From the NCBI GenBank assembly GCA_023231475.1, contig JALJEE010000863.1, forward strand, positions 1 to 38,176: a stretch of 38,176 bases of DNA. The letters are read 5' to 3'. Below the pieces are notes generated by a model, which was not told the DNA's origin, ran no database searches, and saw nothing but the letters and a program-made list of their open reading frames with translations. A program made the translations under genes and the position numbers. Source of the stretch: Seison nebaliae. Taxonomy: Eukaryota. This document shows positions 10,727-25,311 of this stretch, in pieces. Within the stretch, counting starts at the first letter, position 1, and each line of letters starts with the position of its first letter.

Positions 10727-12062
10727 ATGAGAAATAATAACCAAATTTATCCAGAAATGTTAAATGAAGATATCGAGAAGAAAATCAGTAGCGAAATTAG
10801 TTCAACAAGGAAACAATTGAAAAAATTACCGAATAACACACAATCGAATGATGTGAATTGCATTGCGCTTTTATTATCGATGATCAGTTATCTCATTTTA
10901 TTGGTAACTTTTCCCTTCTCCTTGTTGTTTATGTTTCGAGTTCGATTATTTTCCTTCATCATTTCCATCGAAATTATTTTAAAAGATTGTTAAGGAATAT
11001 GAAAGAGCTGTAATATTCCGTGCTGGTCGTTTAAGAGATCCGTCGAAAGGACCGGGATTAGTATTCGTTCTACCGTGTATGGAAAGTGTTTATCTCATCG
11101 ATTTACGTGTTGTCAGTTATGACGTTCCAACACAAGAAGTTTCAATTAATTTAATGATATTTCTTAATTTAATTAATGAAATATAATTGAAAGATTTTAA
11201 CGAAGGACTCGGTAACAATACGAATTGACGCCGTTGTATATTATCGAATATTTGACGTATCGTCAAGTATTCTGAATGTGGCGGATGCAAACTATTCAAC
11301 CGAATTGATTAGCGCGACTTGTTTGAGAAATTTATTGGGAACGAGAGATCTTCAAGAAATCTTGTCGAGTCGTCTGGATATTGGACAGAGTATGAAAGTT
11401 TTGAAATTATTTGAAAAATTTTAATAATTTAAATTTCGGTAGACGATCATGGATGAGATTACGCATGATTGGGGAGTGAAGGTGGAACGAGTAGAACTGT
11501 AGTAATTTTCTAGTAAGAGGAAATAATTTCCTTACTCATTATTTTCATTAACAGACAAGATATAACATTGCCAAGTCAAATGCAAAGGGTTATGGCATCG
11601 GAAGCCGAAGCGACGAGAGAAGCGAGAGCGAAAATGATTGCAGCTGAAGGGGAGAAAGAAGCATCAATCTCGTTATGTGAGGCTGCGAACGTAATGGACG
11701 AAGCTCCGATGTCTATCGAATTCCGTACACTTCAATCTCTCCAGAGTATCTGCACAGAAAAAGCATCGACATTATTATTTCCTATTCCCTTATCATCAAT
11801 TATAAGCAAATCGGAAAATATGAATTTGAAGTTGGATGATTCTTCTCTTCATTCCTCTCCATCCACCGTCTCCCATGACGGACAACGACAATTGTCATTG
11901 GATCTGAATGATGGGGGTGAAAGACAACCAATTTTTCGACAACGTAATCGTATCCAGAAATTCGGCAATGGACGTAATCGGAAAAAAGTCATAAAACCAG
12001 CGAATCGATTCGAATTTGAAGAAAAGATGAATCTCTTGAACAATTATTCGTTTCGGAAGTAA
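10727..12062 (+). CDS. Stomatin / band 7 (SPFH) family protein (~377 aa; exons 10727-10939, 10986-11138, 11194-11397, 11443-11498, 11555-12062)
   Basis: Spliced sequence TFPFS..IVKEYERAVIFRAGR..KGPGLVFVLPC..DLRVVSYDVPTQEILTKDSVT..WGVKVERVE..MASEAEATREARAKMIAAEGE. Confidence 0.95.
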
Positions 12063-15000
12063 AATGACGAAAACAGATGGAGAGATATAATCGAAATTCT
12101 CCTCATTTCCAAATGAATAATAATCACTTCGACATTGAACTAATTCATTTTCTTCACTTTCTCTTCTCCCTCATGGAATTTCCTATCGATATTGTATCTT
12201 ATATAATAGGTAGGGTTCTCATGGGTTTCACCGGTTGGAAGAATATTTCTTTTCTATATGATCAATCATTTCGACATCATTCACTTTAATCAATATTCTC
12301 AACTCAAATTTTCAACAGAAATTTTTTTTAATATTTTAAGAGAAAAAATCGAAAAATAATTTGTGTTTTTTTCTTTCCTTCAGTTCTCTTCTTCTTTTTC
12401 ATCATTATTTCCCCTTAATCATAAATAGTAATTTGCATTCTTTCTCAAATAAATTTTCGTCGGCAAATGCATAATTAAATGATAAAACAACATCATCGTC
12501 GACGGTTTCATTCATTCTTTCGACGGGTGTGATGATAATCATAGTCAACATCGGAAAAAAGGAGACTAAGCGATGAGATGATTGTTGAAATTGTTGTCGA
12601 AAGTTGAAGGAGGGGATAGCTGTTTACGATTATTGATGTTAAGTCAATACCATCGAACAGCTTAATTGGTTGATGACGTTGTTACTGGTAATAATTGGCG
12701 GAAAATAATAAGATGAAAATCTTTTATTCTCTTCGTCTTTTCCAATAAGCGAATAAATATTTGTCGATATATGTCCCAATGTAGTTGCGTGTATGCACAA
12801 ATAAATATCCTACGCACTAATTATATAAGAAGGAAGAAGAGAATTATCAGAACACTGAATATGGAAAACTTCAATTTCTTCCGTACATTTCAGTACATGA
12901 ACGTGCATATTAATGAGACTGTGCAATTAATGTCCTTTCTTCAACTAATGAAGTAGCTCTTATAATCAATTTGTTCTTAGAATAATGAGAAGGAGAAGAA
13001 GAAATTATGCAAAAAGTCTTTTCAAAAAAAAGAAACTTCTTCTATCATTGATAACTGACGATTATCTGTTACATGAATTATGATTTGAGCTACCGTTTTC
13101 TCCTCAATCGATTCACTCGAACAACAATTCATTCCCGTTAAACTTACCTGCACATTCGTAGTAGTCTAATTTCAGTGAGTTGATAATTCAAAGAGTCGAG
13201 TAGAAATTGGAAGGAAATAAAATTATGCTCGTGATATGCATAAGCTTGGCGATTTGCTTAATCGAATCGTTTCCAATAAGTGAACAAATGTAACTTTCTT
13301 CTTTCGCATAACAATTTAAATGTAAATTTAAGAAGGAAAACAAGAGAGAATGTTTAGGTGGAAAGATGATTCGGTAAGGAGGCCAACTCTCTCGCACAGA
13401 AAACTATTCATTAGGAATAAAATGATTTTTTTCTGTCAACAACTCGAAAAGAATGTTCGTTCGAAAAGTAATTTACCTAAAATTTTTTTTTGAAAAATTT
13501 TCCCGTAGAATTCAGTGAAAAGTTGGAAATGTCAACCTTCTCCATACTATTTTATTCATTGAGATATAATGGGAGGAAAACAAGTTTCTTTTAGGATTAA
13601 CGACAATTATGAGAGGGGAGAATGCCTTGAATTGTAAATAAGTGAGTATTGATATTCGTCGAAGAGAAACACCTGCTGGAAGAAGTAAACATTGTAGAAT
13701 GATTGTTGAATTTGAATTTGTATTTCTTCCAAATTGTCCTCATTCAATGTAATCATTGACCGAAATTTGTAAGGTAAAAGGAACGAAAAGATTTGTGCTG
13801 CATCATCTATCCGAGACACTCATCATCGATGCATGAAGTATGGAAAGCTAGTTCATTTTATTTCCTTCATACCATCCTCTCATCTGTAAACGAAGGATTT
13901 GTTCAGGGTGAAAAGAAATGAAGCTGCACGAAAATCATTTATTAGATGTAAGGAAACAGAAATTAGTCATGTTGTTGTTGTTCTTTCTTACCGTCATTCA
14001 CTATTAAGTGAGAAGTATATGGTGGTGGCAGTGTGAAAATTGGCTTTTTTCCTGCCTATTAAATCAATTTACATCTGAGTTGCATGTTCTATCTTAGACT
14101 GATGATTGAAGAATTATGAATTATGGTATTTTCGACTTGCATTGCATAATTCGAATAATTCTTTCTTTGCACACCAGAACTTTCCTCTCCCTCAAATTTA
14201 TTCATGTGACATCGCCAGTAGGTGGTTAGTAAATCGAGTTATCTTATGTCTTCCTCGACAATTATTTAACAAACAATCGAATCTATTCGGATAATTAACT
14301 TAATTTTAGTGGTGAGAAGAATTCCATTTTACTTATTAGTTCGAACAGAATTCCTCTCGTTCGATTATATGTATGTTGTCTGTGCATTAAATCTTGTTTG
14401 CTCTGTTTTATTTATTGGTAATCGACTGTGAATGTGGAGTGGTGTGATTGAATGAGAATTATGAATAGAAAGTTCCTACAAAAACGATAATTCGAGTTTA
14501 AACAGACAACATGTTTCGTGAGGAGGAAATCAGTTCGTGGGAAATTAACGGACAATATGAAATCCTCTCACAACTCCGTTGTTGTTGTCATTGAATGAAT
14601 TTGAAGGAATGAACATGTTGCTTGCAATTATCATTAACATTTGTATTAGATAATTATTTCCTAACCAACAAACGAAAAAAACATCGATTTCCCAATAATA
14701 ATTGTCATTGATATCATCATGCTTAAGTTATTCGCACGGAATATGGTCCTCTAGATTCATTCCATCGATGGATGTTGATTGTATTATAACGAACTAATAT
14801 TATCAAGTCGATTAGCATATGAAATGTAACGATAAATATGAACATAATATGATGGAATTATTAAATTATTCAATGGCACCAAATATACATACGAGATGAG
14901 CATACGTGATGATACTACTACCCATCTACTCCACTAATATTCCCTCCATTTTACCATCATTCTTTTAAGTTTGATGGGGAATGATGTCACAGAAGTAGCA

Positions 15001-16152
15001 TCGACAATCGAAATCAGCAGAATGTTCTTCGAATGAAACATGATCTGCTTGTTCATTATATAGTGAATTTTCGTCTCATATGCCGTCTAATCGAGAGGTA
15101 ACAATAGAGAATGTTAGATCTTATTTGTCTATCTCGCTTGCCTTTTCCTTACAGACGAGAAAGTAATATCTTGAGAAGATGGTAGTGAGAAAGGTTGTAT
15201 TTCCTTCCCGTTTCTACAAGGATGCCAGTCGTGATATTAGTGGAAGTATTGATTTATTTTTATTCATATCATAAATAGATTATTGAAATAAGTCCGATTT
15301 ATTATCATGCACTTTTCATTTTGCATATTGTTGAATCAATATGTGATTGTATGTCTGATATCTAACTAAATTATTTTGCGATCGTCTCAAATTGATCGAA
15401 TTGGTTCGAATAATATTTCATTCAACTAATTGCATTATCCACTCCCCCATTAGAAGAGAAAGCAAACTCTCGGCACGAGTAGAACAGTAACAGAATTATA
15501 GGCAACAGAATATAAATGAAAGTGAGTAGAAGATGTTTTATTTAGAAATTAGTCTATTAATAAAGCAGGAGGAAGAAACGATATTATATTCCTCATCATT
15601 TCTCCTCATTCTACGTCGTCATTCATCGATATTATCAACTGATTGAGGATATTTTCGATATTCGTCTATTTTATTAAGATGATTAAAAAACATACGGTAT
15701 AAAGAATGAGAATAATCATATGAAACAAATACACGGAATATACATAAAAACGACCATATTATTCCATCAATCTTATGCGAACATTAAATTGTGGAATGAA
15801 GATCATTCTTCTTATAATAACATTACGGAGGAATGATCCCTTACAATAATGTATCGTTATGTCGTCTTTTCAGCTAAATGTCTTATCCATTACTCTTTCT
15901 ATATTACTCCAATCCCCCATCGTCTTCCTCCCCATATCTATTTCATTTTTATTAATTTCTCTAACTGATCAAACTCGAATTAATCATTTTCTTTATTTTA
16001 ATTAATCCGTCATTGTCCTTTCCAAATAAACTAAAAACTAATTTTTTCGTAATTTTCTCGTTTTAATTTTATTAAAATCATTTTCGTTTTTATTTAATCT
16101 TGTTCAGATAATTTTAATTGCATAATAATATCGAAAAAGAATATTGTTCTGG

Positions 16153-16275
16153 AAAATTTTTCTAACGGGCAAGAATTACATTTTTTAGAAAAATTTCCGA
16201 ACAGACAAGAATTACATTTTTTACAAAAAATTTCGAACAAACCAAAATTTTAATATTTGTATAAAATTTTCGGAA
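16153..16275. repeat. 36-bp minisatellite, two strong and 1-2 decayed copies
   Basis: CAAGAATTACATTTTTTA occurs at 16170 and 16206 (period 36), followed by degenerate units. Confidence 0.75.
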
Positions 16276-16438
16276 TGAAAAACTTTTAAATTTTATTTGA
16301 TGATACTTTATTTATCAGTTTAACATTAACAATTTCTTCCTTGGAATGAATAGATGTTATTCATTTAGGAGTATTGGGTGATTCATTTTTGTGATATCAA
16401 GTTCGGAGTGATGACCACAAAAGTATATTGGAGGAAAA

Positions 16439-17963
16439 ATGCAAATTATAATTCATAGAACTTTTCAAATAATTATTTTCTTCAACATTCTTATCAATAT
16501 TACATCCACAGAATATTGTTAAATTTTCTCCAAATTTCCATCTGTAATTTCTATTTTTCAGATTATCTCAACAATCGGAACGGTCATTGTAATACTTTTG
16601 ATGGGAATCAAAATAAAATTTCACATATTCGAAGTTCTAGTGGCAATATCGTTCTTCCACCGATAAAAAGTTCCAATAAAGCTTATTGAAATTTCTCTCA
16701 TTTTCTCTTTTAGATTCGAATACGGAATGTTTTCTTAACTTTCAATTGCATGACGGTTATCGAATAAGAATACAATTTCACATCCTTAAAATTTTATCAT
16801 GTTCCCATAGTCTGTCTATTTATGATGTTACTATTTTCAGTCCCGAATCGGCCATATTAGGTTATAATTGAATTTCAGGGATTTCTTAAGACGTCAGCCA
16901 GAACCGGTTTAAATTTATGCACAAAGTCTTATGAAGATCTTCGTCAAAGTGATTGGAGTGGAGAATGGATATCGAAAGGTAATACATTTACTGTGGCTTG
17001 GATTCCGGCGAAAATCGAAAATTCATTAAATGAAGTTAATTTATTATTCGTTCAATTTAAAATGGACACCAATCTTAACATAAATAATAACAATTTGAGA
17101 CACCGCACAATTCAAAGTTTTCTTATTTCTTTTAAATAAATTTAGTTAATTTTATAACTTAAATTTATTTAGGACAATTGAAAGGGAAATCTTGTGAGGA
17201 ATTATTTCGTGCAAGAATTCAATCGTATTCGCTTCATAGACGTCGTCGTCGATATCGACGATCGATGAATACGTCCGATGAAATGCAATATTCGATTATT
17301 GAAGATCAATTCAATTTCGTCATCGAACAAAATGAGAATTATTTCACTTACGATGGATCTGATAATACTTACCATGATTACGATACAGATTTTATAGATC
17401 AACGAGAGATTTATGATGAGAGCGAATTGGAGAATTATGATAAATCCATTTTTGATAAACTATTAACAACAACAACAACAACGACCGTTCAAAAAAATTT
17501 GCCTTCAATTTATTCTTCTTCTTCTTCTTCTTCTATATTGGATTCAGATCCAATATCAACAACTACAACAGATGGTAAAATCGTAGAAAGAAAACCGTTT
17601 TATAACGAGAAATTAATACCTGATCGTCTAACAACGAAACTATTTCGAGACAAACGAAATAATGAGAAATTCCTTTGCACTAATTTACGATGTATCGATG
17701 CTGGTTTACTCTGCGACGACATTGACCATTGTGGTGACAATTCGGATGAAGTTATTGGTTGCATCGATCATATGAATAGCGATATGTTCGACATAAGAAA
17801 AGAGAAATCAAATTTAAAGATGGGTAAAATGTCTGTCAATTCATCTGGTCTATCTTCATCATCATCGTCGTCATCATCATCATTTTTACGGAAAGAAGAT
17901 TTATTTATAAGATTTCTTGTTAAACAATTACTGATAGTTGTCACCTGTCTTATATACAATTAA
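16439..17963 (+). CDS. Secreted or membrane-anchored CUB-like + LDLa domain protein (~442 aa; exons 16439-16517, 16562-16669, 16714-16826, 16879-17116, 17173-17963)
   Basis: Signal-like N-terminus MQIIIHRTFQIIIFFNILINITST. CUB-like segment ECFLNFQLHDGYRIRIQF..LSIYDG..LC..WISKGNTFTV. LDLa FLCTNLRCIDAGLLCDDIDHCGDNSDEVIGC. Hydrophobic C-terminal tail. Four GT-AG introns keep the frame. Confidence 0.8.
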
Positions 17964-20900
17964 ATTATTCAACATAATCATCATTCATTTGGTCACATTC
18001 TCCCTCGATCTCTCATGTAAATATCACAATAAATTTTATTCCTATTCTTATGGTTCTTATTTATACTCAATTATTTATCTATTAATAATAATCACATAAA
18101 ACGAACAGAACTCCACCAAAATGAAATAAATGTCAAACAATAAAACGAATGAACTACCACCAATTTCCAAGTGGGTAATTATATCAGAATTCCAAATATC
18201 AAATTATTAATTTAAACAAATTAAACTCAATTTCTTCTCCAAGGAGGAAATGGACATTATTCTATTTAAAATTATATTTTTTGGAAAACTATAGAATTAT
18301 TATATTGTTTGAAAGAATCTCATAAATTTTCATTTCGTCGAACTTCTATAAAACTTTTCTTCTTAATTTAACTTCTGAAATTTAATGAAAACTGATTCAG
18401 TTTTACATACCATTTCGAATGGTATAGGTTGAATGGGAAAGCCATGGAATAATTTCCATAAGTAATTGATGGAGAATAAATGGATTTATATTGGCATGTG
18501 ATCTGATCGACATCCAAAAGGTATGAACATTCATCATTTATTATTCTATCGAAAGCTATCCATCATTCATCCTGGTCATTCGATGGCACTCGTTCCTAAT
18601 AATGTTACTTCGGTCCTCATATAATTAAATTGGTTGGGGGAGAGGTCGATTTATAAAATACCCAACTGATGATGTTTAATGAGTAAATTGTATAAGGAAG
18701 ATACTCACTCGATGACGACGGTATGAGATCAATAATATTTAAGGTATTCCCATAATATCATTTATTCGATTAGTTCCATCGTTAGTCAATCAATGAAACA
18801 GTAAGACGTTTTGAATTTCATTAAATGTCTCTAAGACATTCCTCAGGAATTTCTCTCGAATTTTTTCCCCTCAACAATTATATATCGATTCACCATTGAA
18901 AAGTTCATTATTGTTAACATTATTATTATTCAGTTGAGGAGGAACCCGTCATTTCTTAGCTGTATCATCAAACTCACTTGTAATTGAGAGGAGCAGTCAA
19001 TTAATTTGATCATCAAACATAAAATGATTCTTCATTCCATTTTATCTCTCCCCTCTGGTAGTAGTAAATACTCATGATGTAATTATCTATAATTCAGTGA
19101 AACAATAAATTTATTATTTTTGCTTCGATGATTTGTTGCCACATAAAACATAATAATTTTACAATTAGAATCACATCAACAAAATACAATGATATTACTA
19201 ATAAAATAACAACGCCATCAAGTTATCGTAATAAGTGGAAAATAATCGGAATGTCTTCATAACGAGAACAACCTTCATTCATAAAGGAATGATAATTATA
19301 TATGACCAGGAAGACGTCCTCTTTCATTTTTAGAATAATCTTTCCCCTTCCATTCCCTCATCGACAAATTGATGTTTTATCGATTTAAACCCATCGATTA
19401 TCTTTAACACGAATATCATGGAACATGTGAACGAGAAAGTTAATGTGAGAAAAGCCAAATAATCTGAATGGCACCATCTCGCTGGAAGAGCGAAGATGAC
19501 TTCCAACTTCAATTATGGTCGGCATCAAATTAGAAAAGTAGTACCGATCGTACGATTAGTTGAAGAATGTTTATTAAAAATCAGAAATTTAATATTTCTT
19601 TCCATCTATTAATGATGACAGATTCGCCAATGATTAGTTTTCCAATTTCTTTCGTCTTAATAAATCGATTTGATTCGATTCATTTACAGATCGTTTCTAT
19701 TAGATACATTCTCATTTTCCCTCATTAATAGTTGACATTGTCCTCATTAGATCGGGAGGGGGGATGGAGGAAACCAGCAAATAATGAATGCATTCTTTCC
19801 ACATTCTCCCCAACTCCTCCTTCTCCTCTCATAAAAACACTAAATCTCGATCATATTAGACTAAATATCACCAACCAAAAGAAAGAAGCATATCAAATCT
19901 TTTTTTTTTAATATTTTCGCATTTAGAACTGAAAGAATGGACGACGAATTGATAATGAGATCGAAACAACAAAAATGTCGATAATTTACTCATGTTATCT
20001 TTTCACCTTCGCCACATCTCCACTTACTTTCCTTTCTATCTCGTTAAGTAAAATCTACTTTCAATGGCTTATAGTTTTCTATCATTACTTTCATTCAAAT
20101 TAATGGAATATCATCCTCTTTCTATCATGGGAAGAGAAAGACAAAATTTTATTTTGTTAGATGTCAATCTAAATTGATAGTATTATATTACAATTGAAGA
20201 TTTGATAATCCGTATTTACTTTAACTTCGGATTGGTGAGAAGATACGACCACCCATTTTTATCTTAATCGACGAAAAAGTAAATAATGTGTTTAATTGAT
20301 AGTCTCTATTTATGCATTCGGACACTCCGTCAATACCGCCTGCCTCATATTCATTAATTTCATATCATTAATACGCCACCGACTGTTGTTATTGTTGAGA
20401 AATAATTTCTTTTTATTTACAAATCTGCTGGCAGACGCGGCAACCACTTCATTCATTATGGTATTAGAACATGCTAATGACGTTGAAGATCAAGGTGGAA
20501 TTGTTTAGACAATGATGAGAACGATTGAATGAACGTCGAGTGAGCGCAACTCGTCTAACTAATCGTCGTAAAGACGCCGCACTATCTATTTATTTAGTCG
20601 GTTGTGCAATGGTTAGTTTGGTGAGCAGTTTCCTTTCATAGCCATTCTTTCCATTTTTATCGGAATTTAAATATTCGATTTCAAAGCAACGCCTTCCGGC
20701 TACCATTCCCTCACCGTTCATGCAATAATTAAACATTCTTTCTTTCTTCAATTAAAGAAACGAATATGTTCTATAATTAATGTTCTCTCCGATGAATCTC
20801 CTACATATTTCGTACTTTTACGGCAAAGTCAAATCTAGCGAAATTTAATTTCTTCTCATTTACCTTTAGTGTTTAAGTGAATAATTACAGTTATCTATTA

Positions 20901-22466
20901 CATCTATTAATATCATTCATTCTCTATCCATTCTCCATTTACTAAATGATAAATGGGATATGCAATTTAAAAAGCTGTTGATAATGATGCTATTTTCTGC
21001 TGATTAACTTTCGTTTCATTTTCCTACTTTTTTCCATATTCAATGTAATTTTGGTCCATCTTCCATCGACGACATTACAAACATCTCATTTTCATCATAA
21101 ATGGTTCACTTCTCACCAAATTCTCTATTGATGGAACATCGATTCATTCATCGGAATGAAAAGTATTCGTAAAACCATTGAAGAACTATTATTTTTTTTT
21201 CAAATTATTTAAAATTAGAAACTAAAAGGGTCTAGAATTAACTAAAAGAATTAGAACAAACAATTAGAATAATTTTTCAATTGTCCGTTTCTATTTGGTG
21301 AAATCGGAGAAGTTCCTTAAGAGAAGTTAATTTTTTATTTAGGAGACTTATCAATTTAGATGATTTCTATTCGTCTCTACCTTTTTGAGTATTAAGAAAA
21401 CCAATCTGAAATTACCAGTCAATTACCAACATATTATTTAATGGGATATATGATAGGAGGCACGTGCGTTCATTTCAATTCATTCGTTCCGTTTCCTAAC
21501 CAATCACGAACATTTCTTAGATTATTTTATTGCCCACCATCCCTCCCCTCCCAAAACACCAAAACAAGTCTTAAGATATTCAATTTTTCTCTCACCAATT
21601 TATCGTTCTTTGAACGCCATTATAGAACCGTTTCGTATTCAAATTTCTCCTTTCGTTATACGGACGAACGCCTCTTTCGATGTGCAAATAGTGCAACGCC
21701 AGATTCTTTCGGCGATGTGCGAAGAAATGTCTCTTGTTCAACAACTCAACTATTCGAAGTTAAGTGGAGAAGAATGAAGATGCTCTACACTTGTCCGATG
21801 ACGTTTTACTCAAATTGGTAATTGGTGTTAAAAAACTTTTTTGTAACAATCAACTTATTTAGTTGTTAGAAATTGGGAGAAAAACGAGTTAATCCAACTA
21901 AATATTTTCTCATTTCATACTTCTCATTTGATACTTCACTTTATCGTCGTGAGTTTATCGATCTCATTATTCATTTTTAGGAAGTTAATATTGATTTCAT
22001 TGTCAATTTTTGCTCATCTTATTGTTTTTTATCTTTCGAAAAGTAATCGGTAAGGCAACAACATATCATTAAGTCGATGTTAAAAACTAATCAAAGAATG
22101 AATAGAAAGAACAATTGACATGTTTCGTCGATTTCATTTGCTTCATTATTCATTGATATCATCTATCTCCTCATTTTCAAGCTGAAAACAAACGATTGGT
22201 TCTTAATGAATATTTTCGTATTATAACAAAATTGTTTTATTACAAATGATATTAATCAATATCGTAGAAATGCATCAACTAAATGATTATGTTTTTTCCT
22301 TCTCCTCATCACGGAGAATAGAAGCAGGTAATTCCTCCTCCATATCTATCAACCAAATGTATTTAATTCTTCCGGCAGTTGTCTTTCATTACGTTCCATC
22401 AAATTAAACTCGATTCATTTCCTTTCAATCATTCTCTTCTCATCAAATTCTTCGTCATTAAACAGA

Positions 22467-24434
<1,968 letters not shown>

Positions 24435-25311
24435 ATTTGTCAATCAAAATTTTTCTTTTCTTCTCAAGCTCTCTCATTTTATTAGAGTCCTTATTTTTAT
24501 TTTAATCTGCACCAAAAACTTTCCTTTATTATCACTAGTATTCTCTAAAAATATCGTATTTATTTTGAACAACATAAATCTCATCAGCTTTATTTCATTT
24601 CAACCATTAATGAAACATTTTCCTCAAAATCTTTTTTATTTTTATTTTTAACTGTAATCATAATCATAAGTGTATAATAATACATTAGAAGAATTCCAAG
24701 AATTTGAAAATTTTTTACTTTTTTCGATTTTTCATGTTAGGTTTCATATTTGGTTAATGAATTTTTGAAATTAACTGATGAAGCTCGATATATTTGGAAC
24801 AAGTTAATGTGTTAACTTATGAGATAAAGTAGGTTAACGTTCAGTTTAGTCAGTTGAAAATACCATTTTCATTGATTATTCGAAATTAATTAATTTATAT
24901 TAAAATAATAAGAATTAAAAAAAATAAATTTAAAAACAATCAGATTGCTGTTAAGATCCTATTCTCACATTAACACCAATCCTACTCCTTACAAATAGTC
25001 TTGAAGAATTGACTTGGACAAGATTGTAAAAAAGAAGATTTACACCCGAATTCAAGCCGAAATAACTAAAATCTTCATTTATCTTTTGATGTCGTAGCAG
25101 TCCAATGTTTGTTACAAAAGTAATTTAACTTGAATAATTCATATTATCATGACTGGATTCGATTGATAATACCAAAAGGTAAAAGTAAAACCTAGACTAT
25201 CTTAATTACTTAGAGTTCCAACTTTTAACAATCCAATTTCTAATGGTTTAACAATCAGTTTTAGTTTTTTATTTTGAAAAATTTTTTAAATCTCCTCTAA
25301 AGATATTTACA

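Noticed and set aside
13140..13150. AAACTTACCTG as a possible U1 snRNA 5' end
   Set aside because: No U1-70K loop (GATCAC), U1A loop (ATTGCAC) or Sm site follows.
18724..18745. TGAGATCA bantam-like miRNA seed
   Set aside because: No convincing precursor hairpin, and the rest of the mature sequence does not match.
21441..21821. 126-aa ORF upstream of Msx
   Set aside because: No motif or protein-like composition; better explained as regulatory DNA.
25179..25302. Two possible small introns upstream of the USP-like ORF
   Set aside because: The splice signals are plausible, but the extended frame hits a stop upstream. They may be 5' UTR introns and are not counted in the statistics.
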